Positions 10,814 to 19,611 of a stretch of 32,000 nucleotides of DNA are shown here, one piece after another. How positions within the stretch are numbered: the stretch's first letter is position 1; each line of letters opens with the position of its first letter. The position numbers and the translations under genes were made by a program. A model generated the notes under the pieces. The model was not told the origin of the DNA, made no database searches, and saw only the letters and a list, made by a program, of their open reading frames with translations. The DNA is taken from assembly GCF_000020385.1 (NCBI RefSeq), contig NC_010814.1, positions 1 through 32,000 of the forward strand, in the 5' to 3' direction. The stretch comes from Trichlorobacter lovleyi SZ. Lineage in GTDB: Bacteria; Desulfobacterota; Desulfuromonadia; Geobacterales; Pseudopelobacteraceae.

Positions 10814-11815
10814 TTACATCAGCCTACCCTTGGCCAGTCGTAATATTGGTTTATCAGCAGCTGGTGTGGAACCTATTCCGGTGGCAATCACCGTAACCTT
10901 GATCTGGTCAGCCAACTCTTCATCCACAACTACCCCAACGATAATGGTCGCATCGCTGCTGATCTGTTCGGTCATCATCTTGCAGACCTGATCAAACTCA
11001 TCCATGGTCATACTGCTGCTGCCGGCAATGTTCAGAAGCAACCCCTTGGCTTCACGGATGTCCAAACCTTCAAGTAGCGGATTGTGAATTGCCATCATTG
11101 ATGCCGCTGTTGCTCGATCCGAGCCACTTGATATACCAGTTCCCATCATTGCCATACCGCGTGCCCCCAGAATGGTTCTGAGGTCACTCAGATCAACATT
11201 GATATGGCCATGCTTACTGATGATCTCCACTATCCCCTGTACTGCCTGCCTCAGCAGGTCGTCAGCAGGTTTGAACGCCTCCAACAGTGCGGTTCCTTTA
11301 CCGGATATGCCGATCAGCCGGTCATTGGGTATAACAATCAGGCTGTCCACCAGGGATAATAGCATCTTAATCCCTTGTTCAGCTATATCCGTACGGCGTT
11401 TACCTTCACGGGCGAATGGCTTGGTCACAACAGCAACCACCAGTGCGCCTGCTTCTTTGGCCAGCTTGGCAATCTCCGGTGTGGCGCCAGTACCGGTACC
11501 ACTTCCCATGCCAGCAGCCAGAAACACCAGATCTGCCCCTGTAAGACTATTCAGGATATCCTGCTGGCTCACCTCTACTGCAGCTCTGGCGGTCTCTGGG
11601 TTGCCTCCGGTACCAAAACCACGGGTGTCCGAACCTATCCTGATTTTTACTGCAGCATGGGATTTTCTGAGTCGCGCCTGTGAGGTACTGACGGCTATAT
11701 ATTCGACATCAGTAAGACCGGCTGCCAACATAGCATTGACTGCATTCAGGCCTGCCCCACCAATGCCGACGACCTTAATTGTAGGAGCCTCTATAGCTTG
11801 TTCTCTGTAGTCCAC
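10814..11815 (-). CDS. FtsZ paralog lacking the C-terminal linker and tail (Z3)
   Basis: 333 aa, GTG start with a GAGGAG RBS. It is colinear with FtsZ: IKVVGIGGAGLNAV (T1), GFGTGGNPE (T3), FLAAGMGSGTGTGATP (T4, GGGTG[ST]G altered to GSGTGTG), VVTKPF, IVIPND, INVDLSDLRTIL (T7), VTVIATGIG. It ends about 20 aa after the globular core. Confidence 0.88.
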   Translation of the reverse strand: MDYREQAIEAPTIKVVGIGGAGLNAVNAMLAAGLTDVEYIAVSTSQARLRKSHAAVKIRIGSDTRGFGTGGNPETARAAVEVSQQDILNSLTGADLVFLAAGMGSGTGTGATPEIAKLAKEAGALVVAVVTKPFAREGKRRTDIAEQGIKMLLSLVDSLIVIPNDRLIGISGKGTALLEAFKPADDLLRQAVQGIVEIISKHGHINVDLSDLRTILGARGMAMMGTGISSGSDRATAASMMAIHNPLLEGLDIREAKGLLLNIAGSSSMTMDEFDQVCKMMTEQISSDATIIVGVVVDEELADQIKVTVIATGIGSTPAADKPILRLAKGRLM

Positions 11816-11830
11816 AAGTACTCCTCGCCC

Positions 11831-12718
11831 CTAAATGATTGCCAGAACTGCTACCCTGGCAGAGTCATATAGGCTGTCATCAATGACGTAGTTGTAGATA
11901 ATGTTGAATTTGTTGGTTGAATTGGGGAGAAAGAAGCGGAAGAGCTCTATGGTAGCTTGGTCAAAGTCATTGAAATACGTAGCAGAGTTGCAGTAGATGC
12001 AGGCTATAGCACCACTATAGATGTCTGAGTCACTAACTTGTTGCTCTAAAAGGGCCAGAACCGACTGACTGGCCAGAGAACCTCTGGTGGGTCCGGTCGC
12101 GTAACTTGATGCAAAAACACTCCAGTTACCCTTCTGCAATATGGCCTTTACATACCCATTTACATCCGCAGCAACAACGCCATCAAGGTTACCATAATTT
12201 GCAAAGTCATACAGTGTCGTGACCAAACTGGATGCCGCAATTGGATCTGACTCGGTGCAGTACAGCGCATTTGATTCAGCAAGGGTGTGTAAGAGCCAAT
12301 GAGTAGACTGACTGGGGCCGATCACCACAGTTTGAATTCCTGATGCAGATGCAGACTCTAAGCTGGCTTTCAGTATATTGGCAGACCGCTTTTGCCTGGT
12401 ATCGGCAAACACGAACAACAGGTCGGTTTGGGGATAGGCCGTCACAACGCGGAGAATATCGGCGGCACCGTAATGTTGTTGAGTGAAATCTAGTTGGTAG
12501 CAATGCAATTTTCGAGCAGAATTGGTCAGCAAGTGCGTACAAGATGAGCCGAAAGTGCCAATTCCGATGGCGGAAATATGCAGGTTCTGTTGATAGTTAG
12601 TAGGAGCCTGGTGGAACGTTGCATGTGGCGGTGCCAGTAACGATGCAAGGCGGTTAGGAAGCGCAACTGACGCGAGGCTACCTTGCAACATTGTAGTGAG
12701 AAATGTCCGCCTGTCCAT
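11831..12718 (-). CDS. Degenerate FtsZ-fold protein with twin-arginine (Tat-type) leader (Z2)
   Basis: The ORF could start at 12736, but AGGAGG lies 5 nt before the ATG at 12718, giving MDRRTFLTTMLQGSLA.... It is colinear with Z3/FtsZ (ISAIGIGTFGSS; DLLFVFADT in place of T4; GIQTVVIGP; VVAADVNGYVKAIL; ATGPTRGSLASQ; GAIACIY; RVAVLAI), but the GTP-binding glycine loops are lost. Confidence 0.7.
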   Translation of the reverse strand: MDRRTFLTTMLQGSLASVALPNRLASLLAPPHATFHQAPTNYQQNLHISAIGIGTFGSSCTHLLTNSARKLHCYQLDFTQQHYGAADILRVVTAYPQTDLLFVFADTRQKRSANILKASLESASASGIQTVVIGPSQSTHWLLHTLAESNALYCTESDPIAASSLVTTLYDFANYGNLDGVVAADVNGYVKAILQKGNWSVFASSYATGPTRGSLASQSVLALLEQQVSDSDIYSGAIACIYCNSATYFNDFDQATIELFRFFLPNSTNKFNIIYNYVIDDSLYDSARVAVLAII

Positions 12719-12767
12719 GGGTTCCTCCTGTATCACAGTCTGAATGGTTTCATCTTAGAAAAACAAA

Positions 12768-12787
12768 GCGACGGGTGCTGTCGTTTG
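12768..12787 (+). promoter_or_regulatory. Conserved element copy 1: GCGACGGGTGCTGTCGTTTG
   Basis: One of six co-oriented GCGACA-N5-TGTCGTTT sites. It lies 49 nt upstream of the Z2 start (12718). Confidence 0.6.
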
Positions 12788-12878
12788 AAAATCTGTTTTG
12801 CAGGCGTTCCTGAATAAAGACCGCATCAAGAACGCTGGCCAGGCCTCTAGATTCGCCAGGCATCAGGCAATACAAAGC

Positions 12879-13751
12879 TCACCGCATTGCGAGGATGGCG
12901 ACTTTGATGGTATCAGCAGCTAAATGCTCATCCGGAATAGCTCCAAAGACAAAGGAGATGTCATTTGAGAAATAACCGTCCATCACTGAGACAGCCTGGG
13001 CATAGTAGTCAAACGGCATGGTAGGGGAGCCGTAGATGCAGGCCATGGCACCACGACAGTTGGCTGAATTAACCCCCTGCTGCTGTAGCCGTTCCAATGC
13101 TTGACTGCAGGCTCGTGATCCCCGGTCTGCACCAGTAGCCTCACTGCACGAGAACAGTCCAAGGTTGCCTGAACGGAGGATTGCCTTGATATCGCCATGG
13201 TCAATGCCAACAAAGCTGTCGGTGTTGGCAAGATCAGCCACCAAGGCCACTAAGTCACGTGCTGTAGTGTGATGAACAACAAAACAATGGGGGGGAGTTG
13301 AACAGGTGAGTGGTAATGCAGAAAGAGGACGATCAGTGCTGTATGGGCCAACAACAACCGACTGTACGCCAGCTGCAGCTGTTGTATTGATACAGGATGA
13401 CAGCAATGAATCAGATGCCGGGTCGGTTGTATCTGCAAAAAGGAACAGCAGATCCGTCTGCTGGATAGTACGGTTCAAACTTGAGAAATCCAGGTTGCCA
13501 GAGCGTAGCTGGTCAGATAACACTTCATAGCAACAGACATTCTGAATAGAGTAGGCCAGAAGTCTGCTAAAGACTGCGCCTAAGCTATTGATTCCAAGTG
13601 TAGAAATACGCACGTTCTGATATGAGTCTCCACCAAGGTGGCGCAGTGAGGCATACTGCTTTATCAGAAGCGGAGAGATGCTGTGCGGTAGCAGTGTCGC
13701 CGCAAGCGTCGTCCCCTGCAGCATGGTAGTGAGAAATGTTCGCCTGTCCAT
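12879..13751 (-). CDS. Degenerate FtsZ-fold protein with twin-arginine (Tat-type) leader (Z1)
   Basis: 290 aa. The first 13 residues, MDRRTFLTTMLQG, are identical to Z2. It is colinear with FtsZ: ISTLGINSLGAVFSRLL; DLLFLFADTTDPASDS in place of T4; GVQSVVVGP; VGIDHGDIKAIL (T7-like, both Asp kept); ATGADRGSRACSQAL; GAMACIYG; IKVAILAM. Confidence 0.7.
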   Translation of the reverse strand: MDRRTFLTTMLQGTTLAATLLPHSISPLLIKQYASLRHLGGDSYQNVRISTLGINSLGAVFSRLLAYSIQNVCCYEVLSDQLRSGNLDFSSLNRTIQQTDLLFLFADTTDPASDSLLSSCINTTAAAGVQSVVVGPYSTDRPLSALPLTCSTPPHCFVVHHTTARDLVALVADLANTDSFVGIDHGDIKAILRSGNLGLFSCSEATGADRGSRACSQALERLQQQGVNSANCRGAMACIYGSPTMPFDYYAQAVSVMDGYFSNDISFVFGAIPDEHLAADTIKVAILAMR

Positions 13752-13806
13752 ATGTATGCCCCCTGACTTACATCATTTGTAACGGTGGTCAGGGTAGTCG
13801 ATATAT

Positions 13807-13827
13807 GCGACAATGACTGTCGCTTTA
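13807..13827 (+). promoter_or_regulatory. Conserved element copy 2: GCGACAATGACTGTCGCTTTA (perfect 6+5+6 palindrome)
   Basis: It lies 55 nt upstream of the Z1 start (13751), in the divergent spacer shared with the DUF2779 gene. Confidence 0.6.
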
Positions 13828-13872
13828 AAATGTTAGTGGTAGCAGTACATCATCCTGACAAACGGAGCTGCC

Positions 13873-15354
13873 ATGAAAAAATCTGCCATCCCCGGTCTCA
13901 GCAAGTCCCGCTATCTTAATGGTCTGCAGTGTCCTAAATATCTCTGGCTTGCAACCTGGCGCAAAGAGCTGAGAAATGAATTTGATGAAACAACTGAAGA
14001 GATACTGGCCCAAGGGCATCAGGTAGGAGACATTGCCCAGGAGCTGTTTCCTGGTGGTGTGGAGATCCCCTATGATGGGCTGAGTATTGATGAGCAGCTG
14101 CAGCAGACGCAGAATGTGCTCAAGCAGAGCAAGGTCATCTATGAGGCCTCGTTTGAGTACAATGGTGTCTTTGTCAAGGCAGACATCCTGCGTAAGGGGC
14201 GCGGAGGCTGGGAGCTGTATGAGGTTAAAAGTTCAAGTAAGCTAAAAGACACCTATTACGATGACCTGGCAGTGCAGTACCATGTCATTACCAATGCCGG
14301 TATCAAGATAACCAAGGCGCATCTGATCCACATCAACACCTCATACCAGCGCAAAGGCAAGCTTGATCCTCACCAGTTATTTACCATTGTTGATCTGACC
14401 GAAGGTGTCCTGGAAATGCAACCTGCAGTCAAAAAGCAGATTGCAACCTTGAAGAAGATGCTTGCCGGAGCAGAGCCGATTGTTCAGATTGGCCCGCATT
14501 GTGAAGACCCGTATGAATGTGCGTTTAGCGAGCATTGCTGGCAGGATGTACCGGATGAAGGATCGGTTTTTGACCTTGCCGGTAACGGTGCGGACTGCTT
14601 CAAGCTCTATCATGAGGGGATCACAAAGCTCAAGGACATCCCGCTTGACCGCGTAAAGGGCAAGCAACGCCAGCAGGTAGAGGCTGCCAAAAAGAAGCAG
14701 ACCATTGTCAACAAAGAGGGACTGCAGGAGTTTATGGACAGTCTCTGGTATCCACTCTGCTATCTTGATTTTGAGACCTTCATGGAGGCTGTTCCATCCT
14801 ATGATGGGCAACGTCCCTACCAGCAAATGCCGTTTCAGTTCTCGCTGCATATCCAGAAAAAGCCAGGTGGTAAGGTATACCATCATGAATATCTGGCACC
14901 ACCTGCTATAGACCCGCGCAAGGAGTTTCTGGATGAGCTGCTGAAGGTATTGCCGGATGACGGATGTATCATGGTGTACTACAAACCGTTTGAGCAGAGT
15001 CGGCTTAAAGAACTGGCAGAACTTTACCCACGTAAGAAAAAGCAGATACAGCAGTTGATTGACAATATGGTTGATCTGCTGGATCCGTTCAAGGCACGGC
15101 ACCTCTATTCATGGAAACAGCAGGGCTCACACTCGATTAAGGCAGTGTTGCCAGCCTTTGTGAAGGACTTGAGTTATGATGAGCTGGAGATTAGTAACGG
15201 TAGTGCAGCCATGCAGGCATACCATAGCATGTGTGCTTCGGTTGAGAGCCCCAGAAAACTGGCTACACTCAGGAAACAGTTGTTGGCCTATTGCAAGCAG
15301 GATACGCTGGCGATGGTTAGGTTGCTTGAAGTGATATCTGAAAGGGCAAGATAG
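13873..15354 (+). CDS. DUF2779-type protein: N-terminal Cas4/RecB-like PD-(D/E)XK nuclease with a Cys cluster plus a C-terminal DEDD/RNase H-like domain
   Basis: 493 aa. The N-terminus LSKSRYLNGLQCPKYLWL is the family hallmark. Other motifs are ADIL...ELYEVKSS (D..ExK), CEDPYECAFSEHC (Fe-S-type cysteines), CYLDFET (DEDD-like) and a C-terminal YCKQDTLAMV. Confidence 0.7.
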   Translation: MKKSAIPGLSKSRYLNGLQCPKYLWLATWRKELRNEFDETTEEILAQGHQVGDIAQELFPGGVEIPYDGLSIDEQLQQTQNVLKQSKVIYEASFEYNGVFVKADILRKGRGGWELYEVKSSSKLKDTYYDDLAVQYHVITNAGIKITKAHLIHINTSYQRKGKLDPHQLFTIVDLTEGVLEMQPAVKKQIATLKKMLAGAEPIVQIGPHCEDPYECAFSEHCWQDVPDEGSVFDLAGNGADCFKLYHEGITKLKDIPLDRVKGKQRQQVEAAKKKQTIVNKEGLQEFMDSLWYPLCYLDFETFMEAVPSYDGQRPYQQMPFQFSLHIQKKPGGKVYHHEYLAPPAIDPRKEFLDELLKVLPDDGCIMVYYKPFEQSRLKELAELYPRKKKQIQQLIDNMVDLLDPFKARHLYSWKQQGSHSIKAVLPAFVKDLSYDELEISNGSAAMQAYHSMCASVESPRKLATLRKQLLAYCKQDTLAMVRLLEVISERAR

Positions 15355-15387
15355 CAGCCACTTTTTCAATACAAGGGAGCGTATGTC

Positions 15388-16017
15388 GTGGGCACAACCG
15401 TAATCATTGAAGAGAAGGCGTTTTTGGGGGTCTTGTTGGCAGCAGTTGAGGCGTTTCCCGGCAGGTTTTATGGTGAGCGCAAGCCCAAAGGTGCAACTGC
15501 AGAGGGAGAGGTGCATGGCCTCCTGTTTGGGCAAAGGATTCAGCGAAATGATGGGGATGTTGTCTTCAATGTGACCCTGACTGTGCCAAACCAGATAGTG
15601 CTGGAACGAACGCATGACGGAATTTCCGTTGCTGCAAAGCATATCAATAAAATCAGGGAGGCAATAGAATTATTCCCGGCGTACAGCCTGCTGGGGTTTT
15701 TCCACAGCCATCCATATCCGGCGGATGAATTCAAAAAATGCAGCTCAGTTGAACCGTCAGAAACTGACAGGGATAGTGCTATCAGTTCTGCAGAGCAGGA
15801 AGAGGAGGAGATGCTTGACCTGATTTTTAGCATTACAAGGCTAAAGAGGCCCACATGGATATTGCCGCAATTCCCGAAACCTTATTTAATTCATGCCAGT
15901 TGCGGCGTTTACAAGTATACGCTGGCCTGCTATAGTGCCGTAACCTCTGAGCATGAGGAGTCCTACGGGGCGGTTGACAATCTGATTTGTACTACGGCGG
16001 CAGGGTTGCAGGCATAA
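15388..16017 (+). CDS. JAB/MPN (JAMM) metallopeptidase-domain protein
   Basis: GTG start with an AGGGAG RBS. The JAMM pattern is EVHGLLFG ... GFFHSHPYP...SSVEPSETD (E, HxH, SxxD). Confidence 0.65.
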   Translation: MGTTVIIEEKAFLGVLLAAVEAFPGRFYGERKPKGATAEGEVHGLLFGQRIQRNDGDVVFNVTLTVPNQIVLERTHDGISVAAKHINKIREAIELFPAYSLLGFFHSHPYPADEFKKCSSVEPSETDRDSAISSAEQEEEEMLDLIFSITRLKRPTWILPQFPKPYLIHASCGVYKYTLACYSAVTSEHEESYGAVDNLICTTAAGLQA

Positions 16018-16040
16018 ATTGCGCTTGAACTGGAGGGATA

Positions 16041-16379
16041 ATGCGTACAGTCGAACCTATTTTTAAAGTTAAAACAGGTGATTATAAAAAAATGGAAGAA
16101 ACATTAAAAAGGACTATTGGACAATATATTAGGCATTCAAAAGAATGTAAAATTGGCATTACTAATGATCCTTATGTCAGATGGAATAGCTATATCTCTG
16201 CAAATACCAGATATAATGAAATGATAGTTTTTTATAAGACTTCATCATATTCATATATTTGTGAAGTAGAGAAGTATTTAATAGATCATGCAAAAGACTA
16301 CGTAGACAATCAGAGAGGTGGCGGTGCCGGTATAAAAGATTGCCATAATGATTATTTTGCATATATTGTAAGACTGTAA
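16041..16379 (+). CDS. Small protein, tentatively GIY-YIG/T5orf172-like
   Basis: 112 aa with a GGAGGG RBS. The segment CKIGITNDPYVRWNSY ... EVEKYLIDH resembles the YIGxTxxxxxR ... E core. The gene is markedly AT-rich compared with its neighbours. The assignment is weak. Confidence 0.35.
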   Translation: MRTVEPIFKVKTGDYKKMEETLKRTIGQYIRHSKECKIGITNDPYVRWNSYISANTRYNEMIVFYKTSSYSYICEVEKYLIDHAKDYVDNQRGGGAGIKDCHNDYFAYIVRL

Positions 16380-16414
16380 TTACTTATTACTACACAATCA
16401 ATTGGAGGCTTAAA

Positions 16415-16651
16415 ATGGCACACGAGGTAAGTATCAACCTTCATACTAAAGTTGTCGCACATAAAGACCTTGAAATAGAAATTAAAACCATTTCAGACAA
16501 AAAAACAACTAAACTCGGTACGTTACTCATAAGTAAAGGAAACTTAGAGTGGCTGCCTGCAGGATGTTCAGTCAACAAAAAACAAATGACTTGGACTAAA
16601 TTTGCTGAACTAATGGAAATTAATGGCAAATCTTCAAAAGCGAAACAGTGA
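16415..16651 (+). CDS. Small hypothetical protein (78 aa)
   Basis: GGAGG RBS, and the same AT-rich composition as the preceding gene. No family recognised. Confidence 0.5.
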   Translation: MAHEVSINLHTKVVAHKDLEIEIKTISDKKTTKLGTLLISKGNLEWLPAGCSVNKKQMTWTKFAELMEINGKSSKAKQ

Positions 16652-16741
16652 ATGTATCTTGAATGTGTTTCGGTAATTCAAGGATATAGCGTTTAACATA
16701 TTGATCTCCATTTTTCTTCCTGATTTTCTAAAAAATATCAA

Positions 16742-16786
16742 CAATCTATGCAATTTGTCAATAAGATTGATAAATTGCATAGATTG
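16742..16786 (-). terminator. 21-bp inverted repeat (20/21 match, 3-nt loop), a possible bidirectional or minus-strand terminator
   Basis: CAATCTATGCAATTTGTCAAT-aag-ATTGATAAATTGCATAGATTG. In the minus sense it is followed by TTGATATTTTTTAG. It lies between the convergent plus-strand and minus-strand gene blocks. Confidence 0.4.
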
Positions 16787-16985
16787 GCCTGTATCACCCT
16801 TTCCATGATCTCCCGCATGGCTGAACAAATAATCCGCACCTGCTAAAGGCTTCCCGGTTATAACACTGTGAATCGGCATGCAATATTGACCCACTTTCGG
16901 GTGTAATCGGCGTCCAAAATTGACCCACCTCAGCACCTCCTCCATTCTCTTTGGCATCATCCAGAGAGAGGAGCTTTGAAAGGAG

Positions 16986-18500
16986 ATGCTGCTAGTGGAA
17001 TCCATCCGTAAAATCCGCCAGGCTTACCACCGGGACAAGAAACCAATCAGGCAGATAGCCCGTGAGTTTCATCTGTCTAAGAACACCGTCAAGAAAATCA
17101 TCAGAAGTGACGTAACCGATCAGGTTTATACCCGCACCGAACAGCCCAGGCCAAAGCTTGCTGCATTTGAAGAACGTCTCAAAGGACTGTTGTCTGAAGA
17201 TGCCGTAAAGCCAGTCCGCCATCGTCGTAGTGCCCAGTTATTGTTTGAGACGCTACAGCGGGAAGGATTTGAAGGTGGCTATGACAGCGTCCGTCGTTAC
17301 ATCCAGCAGCAGCGCAAAGAGACCGGCGGCGGCGTAGCCGCAGCCTTTATTCCGCTATCCTTTGATCCTGGTGAGGCATTTCAGTTTGACTGGAGCTATG
17401 AGCAGATTGAGTTGGGTGGGATCATCGTAAAGGTCAAGATTGCTCAGTTTCGCCTCTGTAACAGTCGGATGCCATTTTGCGTGGCCTACACACGTGAGAG
17501 CCTGGAGATGGTTCTGGATGCTCATATCAAGGCATTCAGCTTCTTTGGTGGTGCCTGTCGGCGTGGTATCTACGACAACCTAAAAACCGTAGTAACCAAA
17601 GTCCTGATGGGCAAGGATCGTGTATTCAATCGTCGGTTTTTGAGTCTGGCCTCCCACTACCTGTTTGAACCGATAGCCTGCACTCCTGCTGCAGGCTGGG
17701 AGAAGGGGCAGGTAGAGAATCAGGTAGGCCTTGTGCGCAAGCGTTTCTTCGCCAAACGGCGGACATTTACCAACCTTTCTGAGCTAAACCAGTGGCTGCA
17801 GGAACAATGTCTGGACTACGCAGCAACCCAGAAACATCCTGACAACCCACTCCTGACGATCAATGACCTGTTTAAGGAGGAACGCCGGCAGCTTCTCACG
17901 GTAACGGTTCCGTTTGACGGTTATCTGGAAAGCGATGCCAAGGTATCTTCTACCTCCCTGGTCTCATTTGACCGCAACCGTTACAGCGTCCATGTCTCTG
18001 CTGTTGGCAACCCGGTCACGGTACGGGCCTATGCTGATCGTCTGACCTTTGTCCAGAGCGGCAGAACCGTAGGATTCCACAAACGGCACTTTGGTCGTGA
18101 TCAGGTCTTCTATGATCCCTGGCACTATCTGGAGGCACTGAAGAAGAAGCCGGGAGCACTCAGAAACGGTGCACCGTTTAAGGAATGGAATTTGCCGGAA
18201 TCTATTGAGCAAATCCGTAGTGCCCTTGCCAAGCACCGTGATGGTGACCGGCAGTTTGTCGGGATACTGGCGGTTGTCTCCTACTATGGCATTGAAGCAG
18301 TAACACAGGCATGCACTGATGCATTGGCAGCCAATACCATCAGTCGGGATGTCGTGCTTAATCTGTTGTCCCGAAACGATGAAGAACCGACACCAACGGC
18401 AGATCCTGCAGCAAAACTGCCGGTTTTGATCATACCGCCTGTAGCTGACTGCAGGCGGTATGACCTGCTGCTTGCCGGAGGTGCCTGTGCTACTGCGTGA
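16986..18500 (+). CDS. istA: IS21-family transposase IstA
   Basis: 504 aa. N-terminal HTH ([18 protein letters not shown]) and a DDE integrase core (FQFDWS..., [20 protein letters not shown]). Confidence 0.93.
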   Translation: MLLVESIRKIRQAYHRDKKPIRQIAREFHLSKNTVKKIIRSDVTDQVYTRTEQPRPKLAAFEERLKGLLSEDAVKPVRHRRSAQLLFETLQREGFEGGYDSVRRYIQQQRKETGGGVAAAFIPLSFDPGEAFQFDWSYEQIELGGIIVKVKIAQFRLCNSRMPFCVAYTRESLEMVLDAHIKAFSFFGGACRRGIYDNLKTVVTKVLMGKDRVFNRRFLSLASHYLFEPIACTPAAGWEKGQVENQVGLVRKRFFAKRRTFTNLSELNQWLQEQCLDYAATQKHPDNPLLTINDLFKEERRQLLTVTVPFDGYLESDAKVSSTSLVSFDRNRYSVHVSAVGNPVTVRAYADRLTFVQSGRTVGFHKRHFGRDQVFYDPWHYLEALKKKPGALRNGAPFKEWNLPESIEQIRSALAKHRDGDRQFVGILAVVSYYGIEAVTQACTDALAANTISRDVVLNLLSRNDEEPTPTADPAAKLPVLIIPPVADCRRYDLLLAGGACATA

Positions 18501-19224
18501 GAAACTGCAAAAGGCCATGGAGACCCTTGGGCTGCATGGCATGAAGACTGCCTGTGACGAGCTGATCGCCACAGGCATCAAACAACGGGCCACACCGGAG
18601 AAGATCCTGTTTGAGCTGCTTAATGCAGAGCTGGCTGAACGGAGAATCAGAAGTATCCGCTACCGCCTGAGTCAGGCAAGGTTTCCAGTAGAGAAGGACC
18701 TGGATCACTTTGAGTTTACGGATACACCGATCAACGAGACACAGGTCAGAATGCTGTATGAGGGAGGCTTTCTTACTGAAAAGAGTAATATCATTCTGGT
18801 AGGTGGAACCGGTACCGGCAAGACCCATCTGGCCATTGCCATTGCACGGCAGGTGATCAGAAACGGTAAGCGTGGCCGATACTTCAACCTGCTGGATCTG
18901 GTCAACCAACTAGAACAGGAAAAGCTAAGCGGACGCGGAGGAAAGCTTGCAGAGGCACTCTGCAGGCTTGATCTGGTTGTGCTGGACGAACTGGGCTATC
19001 TGCCGTTCTCAAAGGCTGGAGGACAGCTGCTGTTTCACCTTATATCAAAGCTGTACGAGAGAACATCGCTTATCATTACCACTAACCTGACCTTTGGAGA
19101 ATGGCCGCAGGTGTTCGGTGATGGCAAAATGACCACGGCACTTCTGGACAGGGTTACCCATCACTGCGAAATCGTCGAAACAGGAAATGAAAGCTGGAGA
19201 ATCAAAACCAGAAACTCAGACTAA
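18460..19224 (+). CDS. istB: IS21-family helper ATPase IstB
   Basis: AAA+ motifs are [13 protein letters not shown] (Walker A) and LVVLDELGY (Walker B). The more likely start is GTG 18487, preceded by GGAGG. Confidence 0.92.
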   Translation: MTCCLPEVPVLLREKLQKAMETLGLHGMKTACDELIATGIKQRATPEKILFELLNAELAERRIRSIRYRLSQARFPVEKDLDHFEFTDTPINETQVRMLYEGGFLTEKSNIILVGGTGTGKTHLAIAIARQVIRNGKRGRYFNLLDLVNQLEQEKLSGRGGKLAEALCRLDLVVLDELGYLPFSKAGGQLLFHLISKLYERTSLIITTNLTFGEWPQVFGDGKMTTALLDRVTHHCEIVETGNESWRIKTRNSD

Positions 19225-19290
19225 AATCAACCGCTGAGGTGGGTCAATTTTGGACGCCGATGGTGGGTCAAATTTCAATGCCGATTGACA

Positions 19291-19611
19291 GTCTGCGTTT
19301 TTGTGAGGCTTCAACATGACATCCTGCATGCCTGATAGCAGCTCAAGCTTATCATCAAGGTCGCAGAGTTTTTTGTTCAGCTTAACCAAGCCGGTGCTGA
19401 CCAAAGGGCTTTCTGGTTGGAGTGCCCGATGGAACTCACCCTCTTTAATGCCGGTCAGGTGTGCCAGCAGTTTACAGAGTGAGTCGGTAGTTGTCTTTTG
19501 TGTTCTAGGTGCAATGGCAGAACGGAATTCAGTAAAGATGCTCAGGCCTGCTGCAAAGGTGAAAACAGCCTGATCTGCCTCAGTTAGCTGGTCGTGATTT
19601 GTGAAACATCC
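19291..19611 (-). pseudogene. Gene fragment trapped between the IS21 and IS3 insertions (possible 3' part of the last operon gene)
   Basis: Only one minus-strand frame is open across the whole interval: ...GCFTNHDQLTEADQAVFTFAAGLSIFTEFRSAIAPRTQKTTTDSLCKLLAHLTGIKEGEFHRALQPESPLVSTGLVKLNKKLCDLDDKLELLSGMQDVMLKPHKNAD. There is no start codon of its own. I could not verify frame continuity with 20832-21214. Confidence 0.3.

Larger units (their letters stand above)
16867..19290 (+). mobile_element. IS21-family insertion sequence
   Basis: Terminal inverted repeats are TGTGAATCGGCAT... (16867-) and, as the reverse complement of 19290-, TGTCAATCGGCAT.... Both ends carry internal repeats CGGCGTCCAAAATTGACCCACCTCAGC. 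The gene pair is istA/istB. I found no flanking target duplication. Confidence 0.85.

Noticed and set aside
11172-11810. 212-aa plus-strand ORF opposite the FtsZ paralog, and 14377..15102 opposite the DUF2779 gene, 17964..18593 opposite istA, and 23572..24183 opposite the SUKH/TPR gene
   Set aside because: Each is fully embedded antisense to a gene with strong motif support. Their compositions are Ser/Leu/Arg-rich, and none has an RBS.
16634-17005. 123-aa minus-strand ORF crossing the left end of the IS21 element
   Set aside because: It is a chimeric reading frame spanning the IS21 terminal repeat and flanking DNA. It also contains the 21-bp palindrome, so it is not a plausible gene.
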